Below, one piece after another: positions 55,031 to 62,156 of a stretch of DNA of 62,156 bases (positions within the stretch are counted from its first letter, which is position 1; the number at the start of each line of letters is the position of its first letter). The stretch covers positions 1 through 62,156 of the IMG/VR virus record IMGVR_UViG_3300027857_000485. One strand, 5' to 3'. The stretch comes from a virus. Its lineage: Duplodnaviria; Caudoviricetes. The translations under genes were made by a program, and so were the position numbers. A model generated the notes under the pieces. That model was not told the DNA's origin, made no database searches, and saw nothing but the letters and a program-made list of their open reading frames with translations.

Positions 55031-55618
55031 ATGCGAGCACTTCTTCTCGCGGCCCTCCTATGGCTTGCATCCGAGGCGGCCGGCGCTGCCAGTTATGCCC
55101 TGATCGATCAGACGCAGGGCGTCGTCGTCAACATCATCGAGTGGGACGGCGTCGCGCCGATCCTCCCGCCTGCTGGGCAGTCGATCATGCAGGCGCCCGA
55201 CGGTGTCGGCATCGGCTGGTTTTATGGTAATGGCCATTTCTCGCCGCCGGCTGCACCGCTGCCTGATCCCGCTGTCCAGATGCAAGCGCTGCTGGTCGCT
55301 GGCTTGACGGTCCAGTGCGCGGCCGGCGCGACGGTATGCACCTCCGCGATCGAGGGAACCTACTCGGTCGATGAAAACTCCGAGCTGCACATCAATAATG
55401 TCTATTCGTCGATCAAGGGCGGTGATGGACTGCCTGGCGGTGGCCAGACCTTCTATTTCAAGGACATTCATGGCATTGGTCATCCGTTCACCGCCGAGCA
55501 GTTCCTTGAATTTGCGCCCGCTGCCCGAGACTTTTACTACGGGGCCAGCGTTGCCGAAGGGCTTTTGCAGGCCGGGCAAACCGCGTCCTGGCCGGCGACA
55601 GCCGTACAGCTTCCCTGA
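55031..55618 (+). CDS. Tail-fibre-associated protein (DUF4376-like) with a signal peptide
   Basis: MRALLLAALLWLASEAAGA|; YALI...VVNIIEWDG; FKD....FTAEQF. Confidence 0.65.
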   Translation: MRALLLAALLWLASEAAGAASYALIDQTQGVVVNIIEWDGVAPILPPAGQSIMQAPDGVGIGWFYGNGHFSPPAAPLPDPAVQMQALLVAGLTVQCAAGATVCTSAIEGTYSVDENSELHINNVYSSIKGGDGLPGGGQTFYFKDIHGIGHPFTAEQFLEFAPAARDFYYGASVAEGLLQAGQTASWPATAVQLP

Positions 55619-55693
55619 CCCACCACCATGCCTTCCTCAACATCGTCGCCCGACTGCGGCGCGCGAGCCCATAGAAACGAAAGAAACGATCAA

Positions 55694-56026
55694 ATGGACA
55701 ACCCGCAGCAATATGTCGACGAGGCGACATTTAAATGGACAGTGGGTGGCGTCGTCGCCCTGTGCTTCGGAGCGATGGGGGTGATCTGGAAGAGACTTAA
55801 CGGGCTGGAGGAGAAGGGAGGGCAACGCGACGATGCGAACGTCAAGGCGGCGAAGGAAGCCGACGACACCCTTTGGGAGGCCCACAACGTCCAGGTCCGC
55901 GATTTCCAGTCCTTCAAGGATGACACGCTCAAGACGCTCCGCGACGTTCCGACACGCGCCGATCTAGACGCGATGGAAAAGCGCCTCATGGAAGCGATCC
56001 GCCATCAGGCGGCGCGCACAGCATGA
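55694..56026 (+). CDS. Single-TM coiled-coil lysis-cassette protein (holin/antiholin-like)
   Basis: N-terminal TM; precedes the endolysin gene. Confidence 0.55.
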   Translation: MDNPQQYVDEATFKWTVGGVVALCFGAMGVIWKRLNGLEEKGGQRDDANVKAAKEADDTLWEAHNVQVRDFQSFKDDTLKTLRDVPTRADLDAMEKRLMEAIRHQAARTA

Positions 56027-56511
56027 CCGGCATCAACCCGGGCCAGCTGCTGACCTTCGTCACCCGGCCCGCGCTCGAGATCATCGGCCTCGGCGGCATG
56101 GCGGCCGAGCAGATCATGACCGGCATCTCGCTGCAGGAGTCGAACAGCGGCTATTACCTGCATCAGCTCGGCAACGGACCGGCGATCGGTCTAGATGAGG
56201 TCGAGCGGGCGACACATGACGACCTCTGGACCAATTTTCTGCCATGCCATCCGGACCTGAAGGCCAAACTGTCCACCCTGCTGATCGAAGGGCTGCCGAA
56301 GGCCGACCAGATGGCTGGCAACCTCTATTACGCGACGGCCATGGCGCGGCTGGTGCTGTACCGGCGCCCCGAGCCGCTGCCGGCGGCCGGAGACCTCGCC
56401 GGGCAGGCGGCCTTCTATAAGCAGTTCTACAACACCGCCGGTGGCGCCGCCTCCGTCGACCAGTACATCGCCAACTGGAACGCGGCCAAGGCCTCCAGCC
56501 TCTGGGCCTGA
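56023..56511 (+). CDS. Endolysin (lysozyme-like fold)
   Basis: QES..YLHQL.NGPA.G...E.ATHDD, NL.YATAMAR..Y, YKQFYNT..G motifs. Confidence 0.8.
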   Translation: MTGINPGQLLTFVTRPALEIIGLGGMAAEQIMTGISLQESNSGYYLHQLGNGPAIGLDEVERATHDDLWTNFLPCHPDLKAKLSTLLIEGLPKADQMAGNLYYATAMARLVLYRRPEPLPAAGDLAGQAAFYKQFYNTAGGAASVDQYIANWNAAKASSLWA

Positions 56512-56579
56512 TCCGGACCTGACCGGCGCACAGGCGCCAATTCCATTACATCCCCGAACACCAACCAACGGAGGCCGTC

Positions 56580-56900
56580 ATGGTCGCGAAGTGGCTGCAA
56601 CAGCGCTGGTCCGAGCGGACCACGCATATCGGTATCGCCATCATCATCCTGGTGATCGCGCTCGTCATCGACGGGACGCTGCCGGACTGGCACCGCGCCG
56701 TGCTGCCGGTCGCCATCAGCCTGATCCTCATCCTGGTGCCCGACACGCTGGCGAGCATCGCGCAGTTCGCGCCGCTCATTCCTGGCGGCCAGGCCATCGC
56801 CGCGCTGGCGAACGCCGCCGCCCAGGCATCCGAAGCGCCGAACCTCAACCCCGATCCCGCCGCCTCTGCGGCACCTCAGCCGGCCCAGGAGGGCCAATGA
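56580..56900 (+). CDS. Holin-like membrane protein
   Basis: Two TM segments; RBS GGAGG. Confidence 0.6.
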   Translation: MVAKWLQQRWSERTTHIGIAIIILVIALVIDGTLPDWHRAVLPVAISLILILVPDTLASIAQFAPLIPGGQAIAALANAAAQASEAPNLNPDPAASAAPQPAQEGQ

Positions 56901-57271
56901 TCATGCGCAATCCCACCAACATCTTTTTCGTCGGCCTGCTGGCCGCTTCCATCTTCGCGCTGTCGGCCTGCTCGACCCAGCAGACGCAGACCGCGCTCAC
57001 CGTTGCCTGCACCGCCGACCAGCTGGCGCCCTCGATCGTGAAGGCCGGCACCGCCATCGCCCTCATCTCGGACCCGGCCGCCGTGCAGGACGTGACCGCC
57101 GCCAACGCCGCCGATGCTGCCGTGCATCCGGTGGTTCAGGCCGCCTGCGCCGCCGCGCTGCCGGGCTCTGTCCCGGTGGCCGGGACCGTCAATACGGTCT
57201 CCGTGCCGGTGGCGCCGCCCGTCAGCCAGACCACGGCGGTGATCTTGCCGGTGTCGGCGCCCCCGAAGTGA
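56897..57271 (+). CDS. Lipoprotein (spanin-like position)
   Basis: Lipobox LSAC; ATGA-coupled. Confidence 0.6.
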   Translation: MIMRNPTNIFFVGLLAASIFALSACSTQQTQTALTVACTADQLAPSIVKAGTAIALISDPAAVQDVTAANAADAAVHPVVQAACAAALPGSVPVAGTVNTVSVPVAPPVSQTTAVILPVSAPPK

Positions 57272-57453
57272 TCCGCGTCATCCCGCTGGCCGCGCTCCTG
57301 CTGCTGGCGGGATGCGGCCAAATCGGCGCCCAGATCGCCGTTGCCGGGCTGTCCTATGTGGCCTCGGTCAACAATCTGGGCGCCGAGACGCTGAAGTTCA
57401 TTGACGACAAGGACACCAAGGCCTGCCGGACCGCTCCAGCCCCGGCGCCGTGA
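57268..57453 (+). CDS. Small lipoprotein (o-spanin-like)
   Basis: Lipobox LAGC; Pro-rich end. Confidence 0.6.
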   Translation: MIRVIPLAALLLLAGCGQIGAQIAVAGLSYVASVNNLGAETLKFIDDKDTKACRTAPAPAP

Positions 57454-58385
57454 CCAACCCCATTTCTGTGAGGCAACCAATGCCCAAGCGCGTTTTGTCC
57501 GTCGATGGCGGCGGCAGCTATGGCCTTCTTCCCGCCCTCTGGCTGGCCGAAATCGAGAAGCGCACCGGCAAGCGCTGCGCCGATCTGTTCGATCTGATCG
57601 CCGGCACCAGCACCGGCGGGATCATCGCAAGCGGCCTATCCATCGGCTTGGCCGCCGCCAGCCTGGCGCTGCTCTACCACGACCACGGGTCCGAGATCTT
57701 CCGCGCGTCGCTCTGGAACAAGGCGAGGGGCCTGGACGGTCTCTCGGGTCCGAAATACAGCGCCGCGACCCTGGAGCGCTATCTGGCGCAGGCGCTGGGC
57801 GACAAGACACTGTCCGATGCCCAGACGCATCTGCTGGTGCCGACGACCCGGTGCGACAAGGAGGGTGGCCCGTTCTGGTTCAAGAGTTGGGAAGGTCCGA
57901 ACTTCCTGCTCCGCGACGTCGCCCGCGCCACCAGCGCCGCGCCGGTCTATTTCCCGCCGGCGGTAATCTCGCCGGTCGACGGCGAGCCCATGGTCTGTGT
58001 CGATGGCGGCATCCATGCGAACAGCCCTGAGGACTTCGCTGCTCTGCAGGCCTCCAAGCTCTGGCCCGGCGAGGAGATCATCGTCGTCTCGCTCGGCACC
58101 GGCTATGAGCCCGTCGATGTCGAGGCCAAGGCGGATTGGGGCGCTGCCGATTGGGTGATGGGCGGTCTGCTCGACCTGGTGATGATCTGCTCCGAAATCA
58201 ACGCGGCCACGCGCGGGCAGATGATCGACTATCGTCGCGCCCGGCTGGACGTCGAGATCGGCGGGAACATGGACGATGCCAGCGCCGCCAACATCTCGGC
58301 CATGACCAAGGCGGCGCAGAAGGTGATTGCCGGGGCGGATTTCGCCGCGATGTTGGACCTGCTGGCGGACAAGGTGTCGGCATGA
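57450..58385 (+). CDS. Patatin-like phospholipase
   Basis: DGGG oxyanion, GTSTG nucleophile, ATSAAP.YF and DGG motifs; start 57450 or 57480. Confidence 0.92.
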   Translation: MTNPISVRQPMPKRVLSVDGGGSYGLLPALWLAEIEKRTGKRCADLFDLIAGTSTGGIIASGLSIGLAAASLALLYHDHGSEIFRASLWNKARGLDGLSGPKYSAATLERYLAQALGDKTLSDAQTHLLVPTTRCDKEGGPFWFKSWEGPNFLLRDVARATSAAPVYFPPAVISPVDGEPMVCVDGGIHANSPEDFAALQASKLWPGEEIIVVSLGTGYEPVDVEAKADWGAADWVMGGLLDLVMICSEINAATRGQMIDYRRARLDVEIGGNMDDASAANISAMTKAAQKVIAGADFAAMLDLLADKVSA

Positions 58386-58834
58386 CCGATTACATCTGCA
58401 CATGGTGGGATCGCACCGAGAGAATGACGCCGTTCATCGACGGCATCAGCAGTCCCATTTTCAGGAATCGCGACACGGGAGAAGAGAGGTCGAGCCAAGA
58501 GCTTCCGATCGGCGCGCTTTACGTCATTGATCGGTCTTTTGGCGGAAAAAGCGCGCCTCGCGGGCGGGATGAATATCCGAAATGTGGCGCCGATGGTCTG
58601 GCCATAGCCTGCAAGCTACCGAGCGGCCATCACTGGTATATCGACGGAACCGCATCCAACTGCACGAAGCGCGAGGATGCGGCGCATCGCTGCTGGATTC
58701 GTCATGGCACGGTCGGAGATCTGCTGACCGTCGACAAGGCGGGCAACACCTGCGATGCGGGCGGAGGCTCGATAATCGACGGCGCCGGCGGCTGGCACGG
58801 ATTTTTGCGCGCCGGCAAGCTGGTGGAGTGCTGA
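58382..58834 (+). CDS. Cys/His-rich protein (DUF6527-like C-terminus)
   Basis: W.IDG.ASNC...HRCW..HG...SI....WHGFLRAG motif. Confidence 0.55.
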   Translation: MTDYICTWWDRTERMTPFIDGISSPIFRNRDTGEERSSQELPIGALYVIDRSFGGKSAPRGRDEYPKCGADGLAIACKLPSGHHWYIDGTASNCTKREDAAHRCWIRHGTVGDLLTVDKAGNTCDAGGGSIIDGAGGWHGFLRAGKLVEC

Positions 58835-58836
58835 CC

Positions 58837-59217
58837 ATGCGCCCCGTCAAGCAGGATCGCCTGTTCTCGCCGGAGGGGATCGGCAATGGCAATTGCCTCG
58901 CCGCCTGCATGGCTTCGCTCCTAGAAATCCCGCTATGGATGGTCCCGCCCTTCGATCAGATGTTCGGCCGGCGTGATTGGTATGGCCGACAAGATGAGTG
59001 GCTGGAGCGCATGTTCCAGCTCGAATTCTGCCGCGAGGACGGGCACCCGGTCGACAAGCTGCCTGAGTTCTATATCGCCGTCGGCCGCAGCAGCCGCGGA
59101 GTCCTGCACGCGGTCATTTATTCCAGCGGCGCCCTGGTGCACGATCCGCACCCGTCGAACGAGGGCATCATCTCGGTGGAGAGCGTCGAATGGCTGGAGC
59201 CGATCAAGAAGGCCTGA
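58837..59217 (+). CDS. Papain-fold (C39-like) peptidase-like protein
   Basis: Q...GNCLAAC.AS, HAVI and VHDP (Cys-His-Asp order). Confidence 0.65.
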   Translation: MRPVKQDRLFSPEGIGNGNCLAACMASLLEIPLWMVPPFDQMFGRRDWYGRQDEWLERMFQLEFCREDGHPVDKLPEFYIAVGRSSRGVLHAVIYSSGALVHDPHPSNEGIISVESVEWLEPIKKA

Positions 59218-59219
59218 TC

Positions 59220-59423
59220 ATGCCGTTCGCGTGGCTCCGCTTTCAGCAGACCCTGGCGCTCGCCGCCTTCGTCGCCGGCTGCACCGTCGCCGAAATGCAG
59301 CTGCGCCTGATCGGTGCCGCCATCAGCCCGGCCGCGTCGATCCGCGCGCCCCGAATCCGCCTTGTTTCCAACCTGCATGGGATTGAGATAGATCCCGATT
59401 TCGTGAAGGATGCCAAGTCATGA
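59220..59423 (+). CDS. Small hypothetical protein
   Basis: Fills the gap; ATGA-coupled at the 3' end. Confidence 0.4.
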   Translation: MPFAWLRFQQTLALAAFVAGCTVAEMQLRLIGAAISPAASIRAPRIRLVSNLHGIEIDPDFVKDAKS

Positions 59424-59755
59424 AGACCATCCGCATTTTCTGCGCGCTGCTGCTCGGCGGCGCGCTGGGGTATGTTGCCCACGCCGACGACTATCATCAT
59501 CCGCCGACCGAGGGAGAGGTATCCGCCATCTGCTACGGCGGCGCTTTTACGAAAGCTGACCGGGAAACGGTCATGCCGCCGCCGCTGTCGTCACTCTCGG
59601 AGAAGAGCCGCTCCATCTGCGATTTCTATAAGGCGGCTGCCGAGGAGAAGGGTCGCCAGAAAGATGAGCGGCGCCGTCAGGAAGCTGACCGCGCGCTGGC
59701 GAAATCGATCGCGGCTTACAACCAAGCGCTTCTCGAATCGGAGGGGCCGAAATGA
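59420..59755 (+). CDS. Secreted hypothetical protein
   Basis: Signal peptide ending VAHA; 2 Cys in the mature part. Confidence 0.65.
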   Translation: MKTIRIFCALLLGGALGYVAHADDYHHPPTEGEVSAICYGGAFTKADRETVMPPPLSSLSEKSRSICDFYKAAAEEKGRQKDERRRQEADRALAKSIAAYNQALLESEGPK

Positions 59756-60222
59756 AGATCCTCACCTTCATTGCCGCGGCGCTGCTGGCCGGCGTCGCCC
59801 ATGCCGGCGATCTGCCCGATCCGACGCTCACGCCGGGCGCCACCAATCCCGAGCTGACGGCGGAAAAGCTGTGCGCCGCCGGCTTTACCACTAAGGACTA
59901 CCGCGCCACCACGCAGGCGACCAAGAACGCGGTCTATCGGGAATATGGAATGGCCGGCCCGAACCAGGGCTATTGCGTCGGCGACGGTGGTTGCGAGATC
60001 GACCACTTGATCAGCCTGGAAATCGGGGGCGCCGACGTGAAGGAGAACCTTTGGCCGCAGCCGTACTTCACCCAACCCTGGAACGCGCATCTCAAGGACA
60101 AGCTGGAGAACACCCTGCACCGGCTGGTGTGCGCCGGAACCCTGACGCTCGACCAGGCGCAGACCGCGATCCGGACCAACTGGATCGAGGCCTATAAGCA
60201 GTATGTCGGATCTCCGCCCTGA
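59752..60222 (+). CDS. Secreted HNH-type nuclease-like protein
   Basis: Signal peptide ending VAHA; LPDP.LTPGA, EIDHLISLEIGG....NLWPQ, KD.LEN.LH..VC. Confidence 0.8.
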   Translation: MKILTFIAAALLAGVAHAGDLPDPTLTPGATNPELTAEKLCAAGFTTKDYRATTQATKNAVYREYGMAGPNQGYCVGDGGCEIDHLISLEIGGADVKENLWPQPYFTQPWNAHLKDKLENTLHRLVCAGTLTLDQAQTAIRTNWIEAYKQYVGSPP

Positions 60223-60256
60223 TGTGGTAGGGTGACCCCGACAACTGAGGCAAGAT

Positions 60257-60288
60257 AGCCCTCGACCTTAGCTGGTCGGGGGCTTTTT
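60257..60288 (+). terminator. Rho-independent terminator ending the late operon
   Basis: AGCCCTCGACC/GGTCGGGGGCT stem followed by a T run. Confidence 0.8.
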
Positions 60289-60304
60289 GCGTTTCTGGGA
60301 TTGC

Positions 60305-60532
60305 CTATGCCTTGGGCGGAACTTCACCCCTAGCCCATTCATCGTTTGGAAATGTCATCGATCCGTCGGGGTGGAAGGCGTAAATCTGCGCGATTTCTTT
60401 GATCATCGCATGCTCGCCGCCGCAATGGCTGCAATAGACCACTGCGCCATAGGCGACCGCTGGATCGACATCCATATCTGCGCCGGTCTTTGGGCAGTCG
60501 AATTCGACGACATATTCGACGGCGTCAGCCAT
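60305..60532 (-). CDS. Small Zn-ribbon protein
   Basis: RBS AAGGAGG; CP.TG...CSHCG.EH. Confidence 0.65.
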   Translation of the reverse strand: MADAVEYVVEFDCPKTGADMDVDPAVAYGAVVYCSHCGGEHAMIKEIAQIYAFHPDGSMTFPNDEWARGEVPPKA

Positions 60533-60548
60533 GGCGCAGAGGCCTCCT

Positions 60549-60728
60549 TTAAGCGTCAGCGCCTTCAGAGACATAGCTCTGATGGCAATGAGGGCAGGTA
60601 TAGCGCATGTCGCCATACACCTCGTTGATCTCCACGCCGGTGGCATCAGGATGGTTCCAATCCCATTGCCAGCCGCCGCCGGGCGCTGGATTTTTCTCGG
60701 TGCAGATCGGGAAAACCGGATCGCTCAA
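60549..60728 (-). CDS. Small Zn-ribbon protein
   Basis: TTG start with AAGGGGG; C...HPDA...CPHC. Confidence 0.5.
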   Translation of the reverse strand: MSDPVFPICTEKNPAPGGGWQWDWNHPDATGVEINEVYGDMRYTCPHCHQSYVSEGADA

Positions 60729-60744
60729 TTGGGCCCCCTTCGGG

Positions 60745-61095
60745 TTATTCAGAACGCGCCACACGGGCGCGGAAAGAGCGGGGCAGAAGTCCGACGCTGC
60801 GGGTGCGACCATCCTGCGCATTCCAGAACTGCCGCGCCTTGCTGATGGCCTGAGCGGCGCTCTTGGCGAATTCGACCGTTTCGGTATCCTCGCCGCCCTG
60901 GGTCATCGTGACCACATAATCGCGATACTCGCGCTTGGCGACCATCTTGGCTGGCTTCGCCGGGGCGGTGCGCAGGCCCAGGGCGATCTCCACTTCTTCA
61001 AGGCTGCCAATCGTCTCAGGCTTATCGTAGCCATGGGCGAAGGCATAAAACTTGCCGCTGTTCAGGGTGCCGATGCGCGGATCAAGATGGTTCAT
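60745..61095 (-). CDS. Hypothetical protein
   Basis: RBS AAGGAGG. Confidence 0.65.
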   Translation of the reverse strand: MNHLDPRIGTLNSGKFYAFAHGYDKPETIGSLEEVEIALGLRTAPAKPAKMVAKREYRDYVVTMTQGGEDTETVEFAKSAAQAISKARQFWNAQDGRTRSVGLLPRSFRARVARSE

Positions 61096-61170
61096 CGGTG
61101 CCTCCTTTGGTCTGCGGCACGCTGGCCGCTTCAATTCCACGACCACAACGCTAATCCATAATTTCTGGAA

Positions 61171-61189
61171 CGTCAATTTAAATTTGACG
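61171..61189. promoter_or_regulatory. Palindrome with back-to-back TTGACG -35 boxes between divergent genes
   Basis: CGTCAA-TTTAAAT-TTGACG in an AT-rich gap. Confidence 0.55.
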
Positions 61190-61248
61190 ATTTAGGTTGA
61201 TTGAGTTTGGCAATTGTGCGATATGTTAATTCCCATATCGTTCAGCGC

Positions 61249-61452
61249 ATGAAGGATCTGATGCAGGAAATCCAGGCCATCGAGCAGCGCGCGGCACGCC
61301 TCAAGCTGCCGATGTCGTTCATTTGCTACTGGGCTGGCGTTCCGCAGGCGACATGGAGCCGGTGGAAGAAGGGGCTTTTCGGGCCGACCAAGAAGAATTG
61401 GGACGCCATCACCGATGCCGTCGCGGATCTTGAGCGCCGGCTGAAGCGGTGA
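61249..61452 (+). CDS. Small XRE/Cro-like HTH protein
   Basis: ICYWAGVPQATWSRWKKG..GP. Confidence 0.75.
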   Translation: MKDLMQEIQAIEQRAARLKLPMSFICYWAGVPQATWSRWKKGLFGPTKKNWDAITDAVADLERRLKR

Positions 61453-61517
61453 CGCTTTCGCCGGGCAGTAGAAACGCCGTATCATAGCCATATCAAAATG
61501 TCGGGGCTTAACGGCAC

Positions 61518-62156
61518 ATGGAAAAGAGCTTTGTTGGCTGGTTCACCGTCACGCGGCACGGTTCTGATCGCGCCCGATGGCTGGAGATGCTGGGAAAAGC
61601 TGGCGTCGAGGTCCGCGACGAGGATTCGCCGGTTTGGAGTGACATAGCGCCACGCAAGCCGAGAAACGACAGCGTGACTTTTGATCAGTTCCCGATGCTG
61701 CCGAGGGCGATAGCTGGGCTCCGGGTTCTGAAGGCGACGGGTTTCGAGCCGGTGCTGGTGGTGCCGAACTTCGCCCACTTCGCCGCACCGGATATCTGGC
61801 GCGAGGTGTGGCGGCGGATCGAGGATATCGGAGCGGGCTTTGTCCTGTGCGCCGAGACCGTGACCGAGGTTCGAGATATGGACGCCGGCCTGGTGCTGAT
61901 GAAAGCGCGGCGCGGTCGGACGATGAGCGAAAAGAAGGCGGCGGCGCGGCTAGCGACCGGGCGACCGACGATCAGGATGGCGCCGGGCAAGAAGGCCGAA
62001 CGACGATGCGCTGTGGCTGGCGAGGCATTGGGAAAGACCGATACTGGTTACCGGGCTGCATCGGTGGCGCTGTTTACGGCAATTTGGCCGGCTGCACGTG
62101 CCGGGATGATGTTGATGAGCGGGACGTGCGAATTGACCGACTTGAGCGTGAAGTGA
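61518..62156 (+). CDS. Degenerate serine-recombinase (resolvase)-fold protein
   Basis: Resolvase-like order of elements (GWFTVT in place of GYARVS, L.KAGV, LVV, GRP) without the catalytic residues. Confidence 0.35.
   Translation: MEKSFVGWFTVTRHGSDRARWLEMLGKAGVEVRDEDSPVWSDIAPRKPRNDSVTFDQFPMLPRAIAGLRVLKATGFEPVLVVPNFAHFAAPDIWREVWRRIEDIGAGFVLCAETVTEVRDMDAGLVLMKARRGRTMSEKKAAARLATGRPTIRMAPGKKAERRCAVAGEALGKTDTGYRAASVALFTAIWPAARAGMMLMSGTCELTDLSVK

Larger units (their letters stand above)
1..62156. mobile_element. Temperate siphovirus-like prophage (lambdoid organisation), probably alphaproteobacterial
   Basis: Integrase at one end, cI/cro switch with operators, replication, terminase-portal-capsid, tail tube/chaperone/tape measure and lysis modules in canonical order; att core not identified. 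Confidence 0.95.

Noticed and set aside
53530-55618. Diversity-generating retroelement or invertible tail-fibre cassette
   Set aside because: No reverse transcriptase, no template/variable repeat pair, and no inverted repeats with an active invertase seen
57450-58385. Complete CBASS system
   Set aside because: No CD-NTase or Cap2/Cap3 genes in the window

Overview
The window is an apparently near-complete ~62 kb temperate, long-tailed (siphovirus-like) prophage from a GC-rich host, probably an alphaproteobacterium (inferred from gene content). The layout is lambdoid. (1) Tyrosine integrase and excisionase at the left end. (2) A leftward early operon: ASCH-like, DUF5131, ProQ/FinO, DnaQ-like exonuclease, Rad50/SbcC-like ATPase, RecT-like and Cas4-like nuclease genes. 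(3) An immunity region with 18-bp operators at PL and between cI and cro. (4) A rightward early/replication operon: CII-like, GNAT, tRNA-Ala and tRNA-Pro, GapR-like, two RusA, methylases, helicases, DnaB, an initiator with internal repeats and a NusG paralog. (5) Head and tail genes, including a -1 frameshifting tail chaperone. (6) A lysis cassette extended by patatin, peptidase-like and secreted HNH genes. (7) A few genes at the right end; no attR was recognised. Two signals stand out. First, a cassette inside the immunity region pairs a LuxI/FeeM-like GNAT with a divergent LysR-type regulator and a small ORF resembling the C-terminal repeats of a CI that has no peptidase domain: a candidate small-molecule-controlled lysis/lysogeny switch. 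Second, three tail-module genes, including the tail fibre, carry Sec-type signal peptides and even numbers of cysteines. Recurrent RNA hairpin motifs (CCCGAC loops, GGAT loops) precede several late genes. All family assignments come from motif recognition by eye, not database searches.
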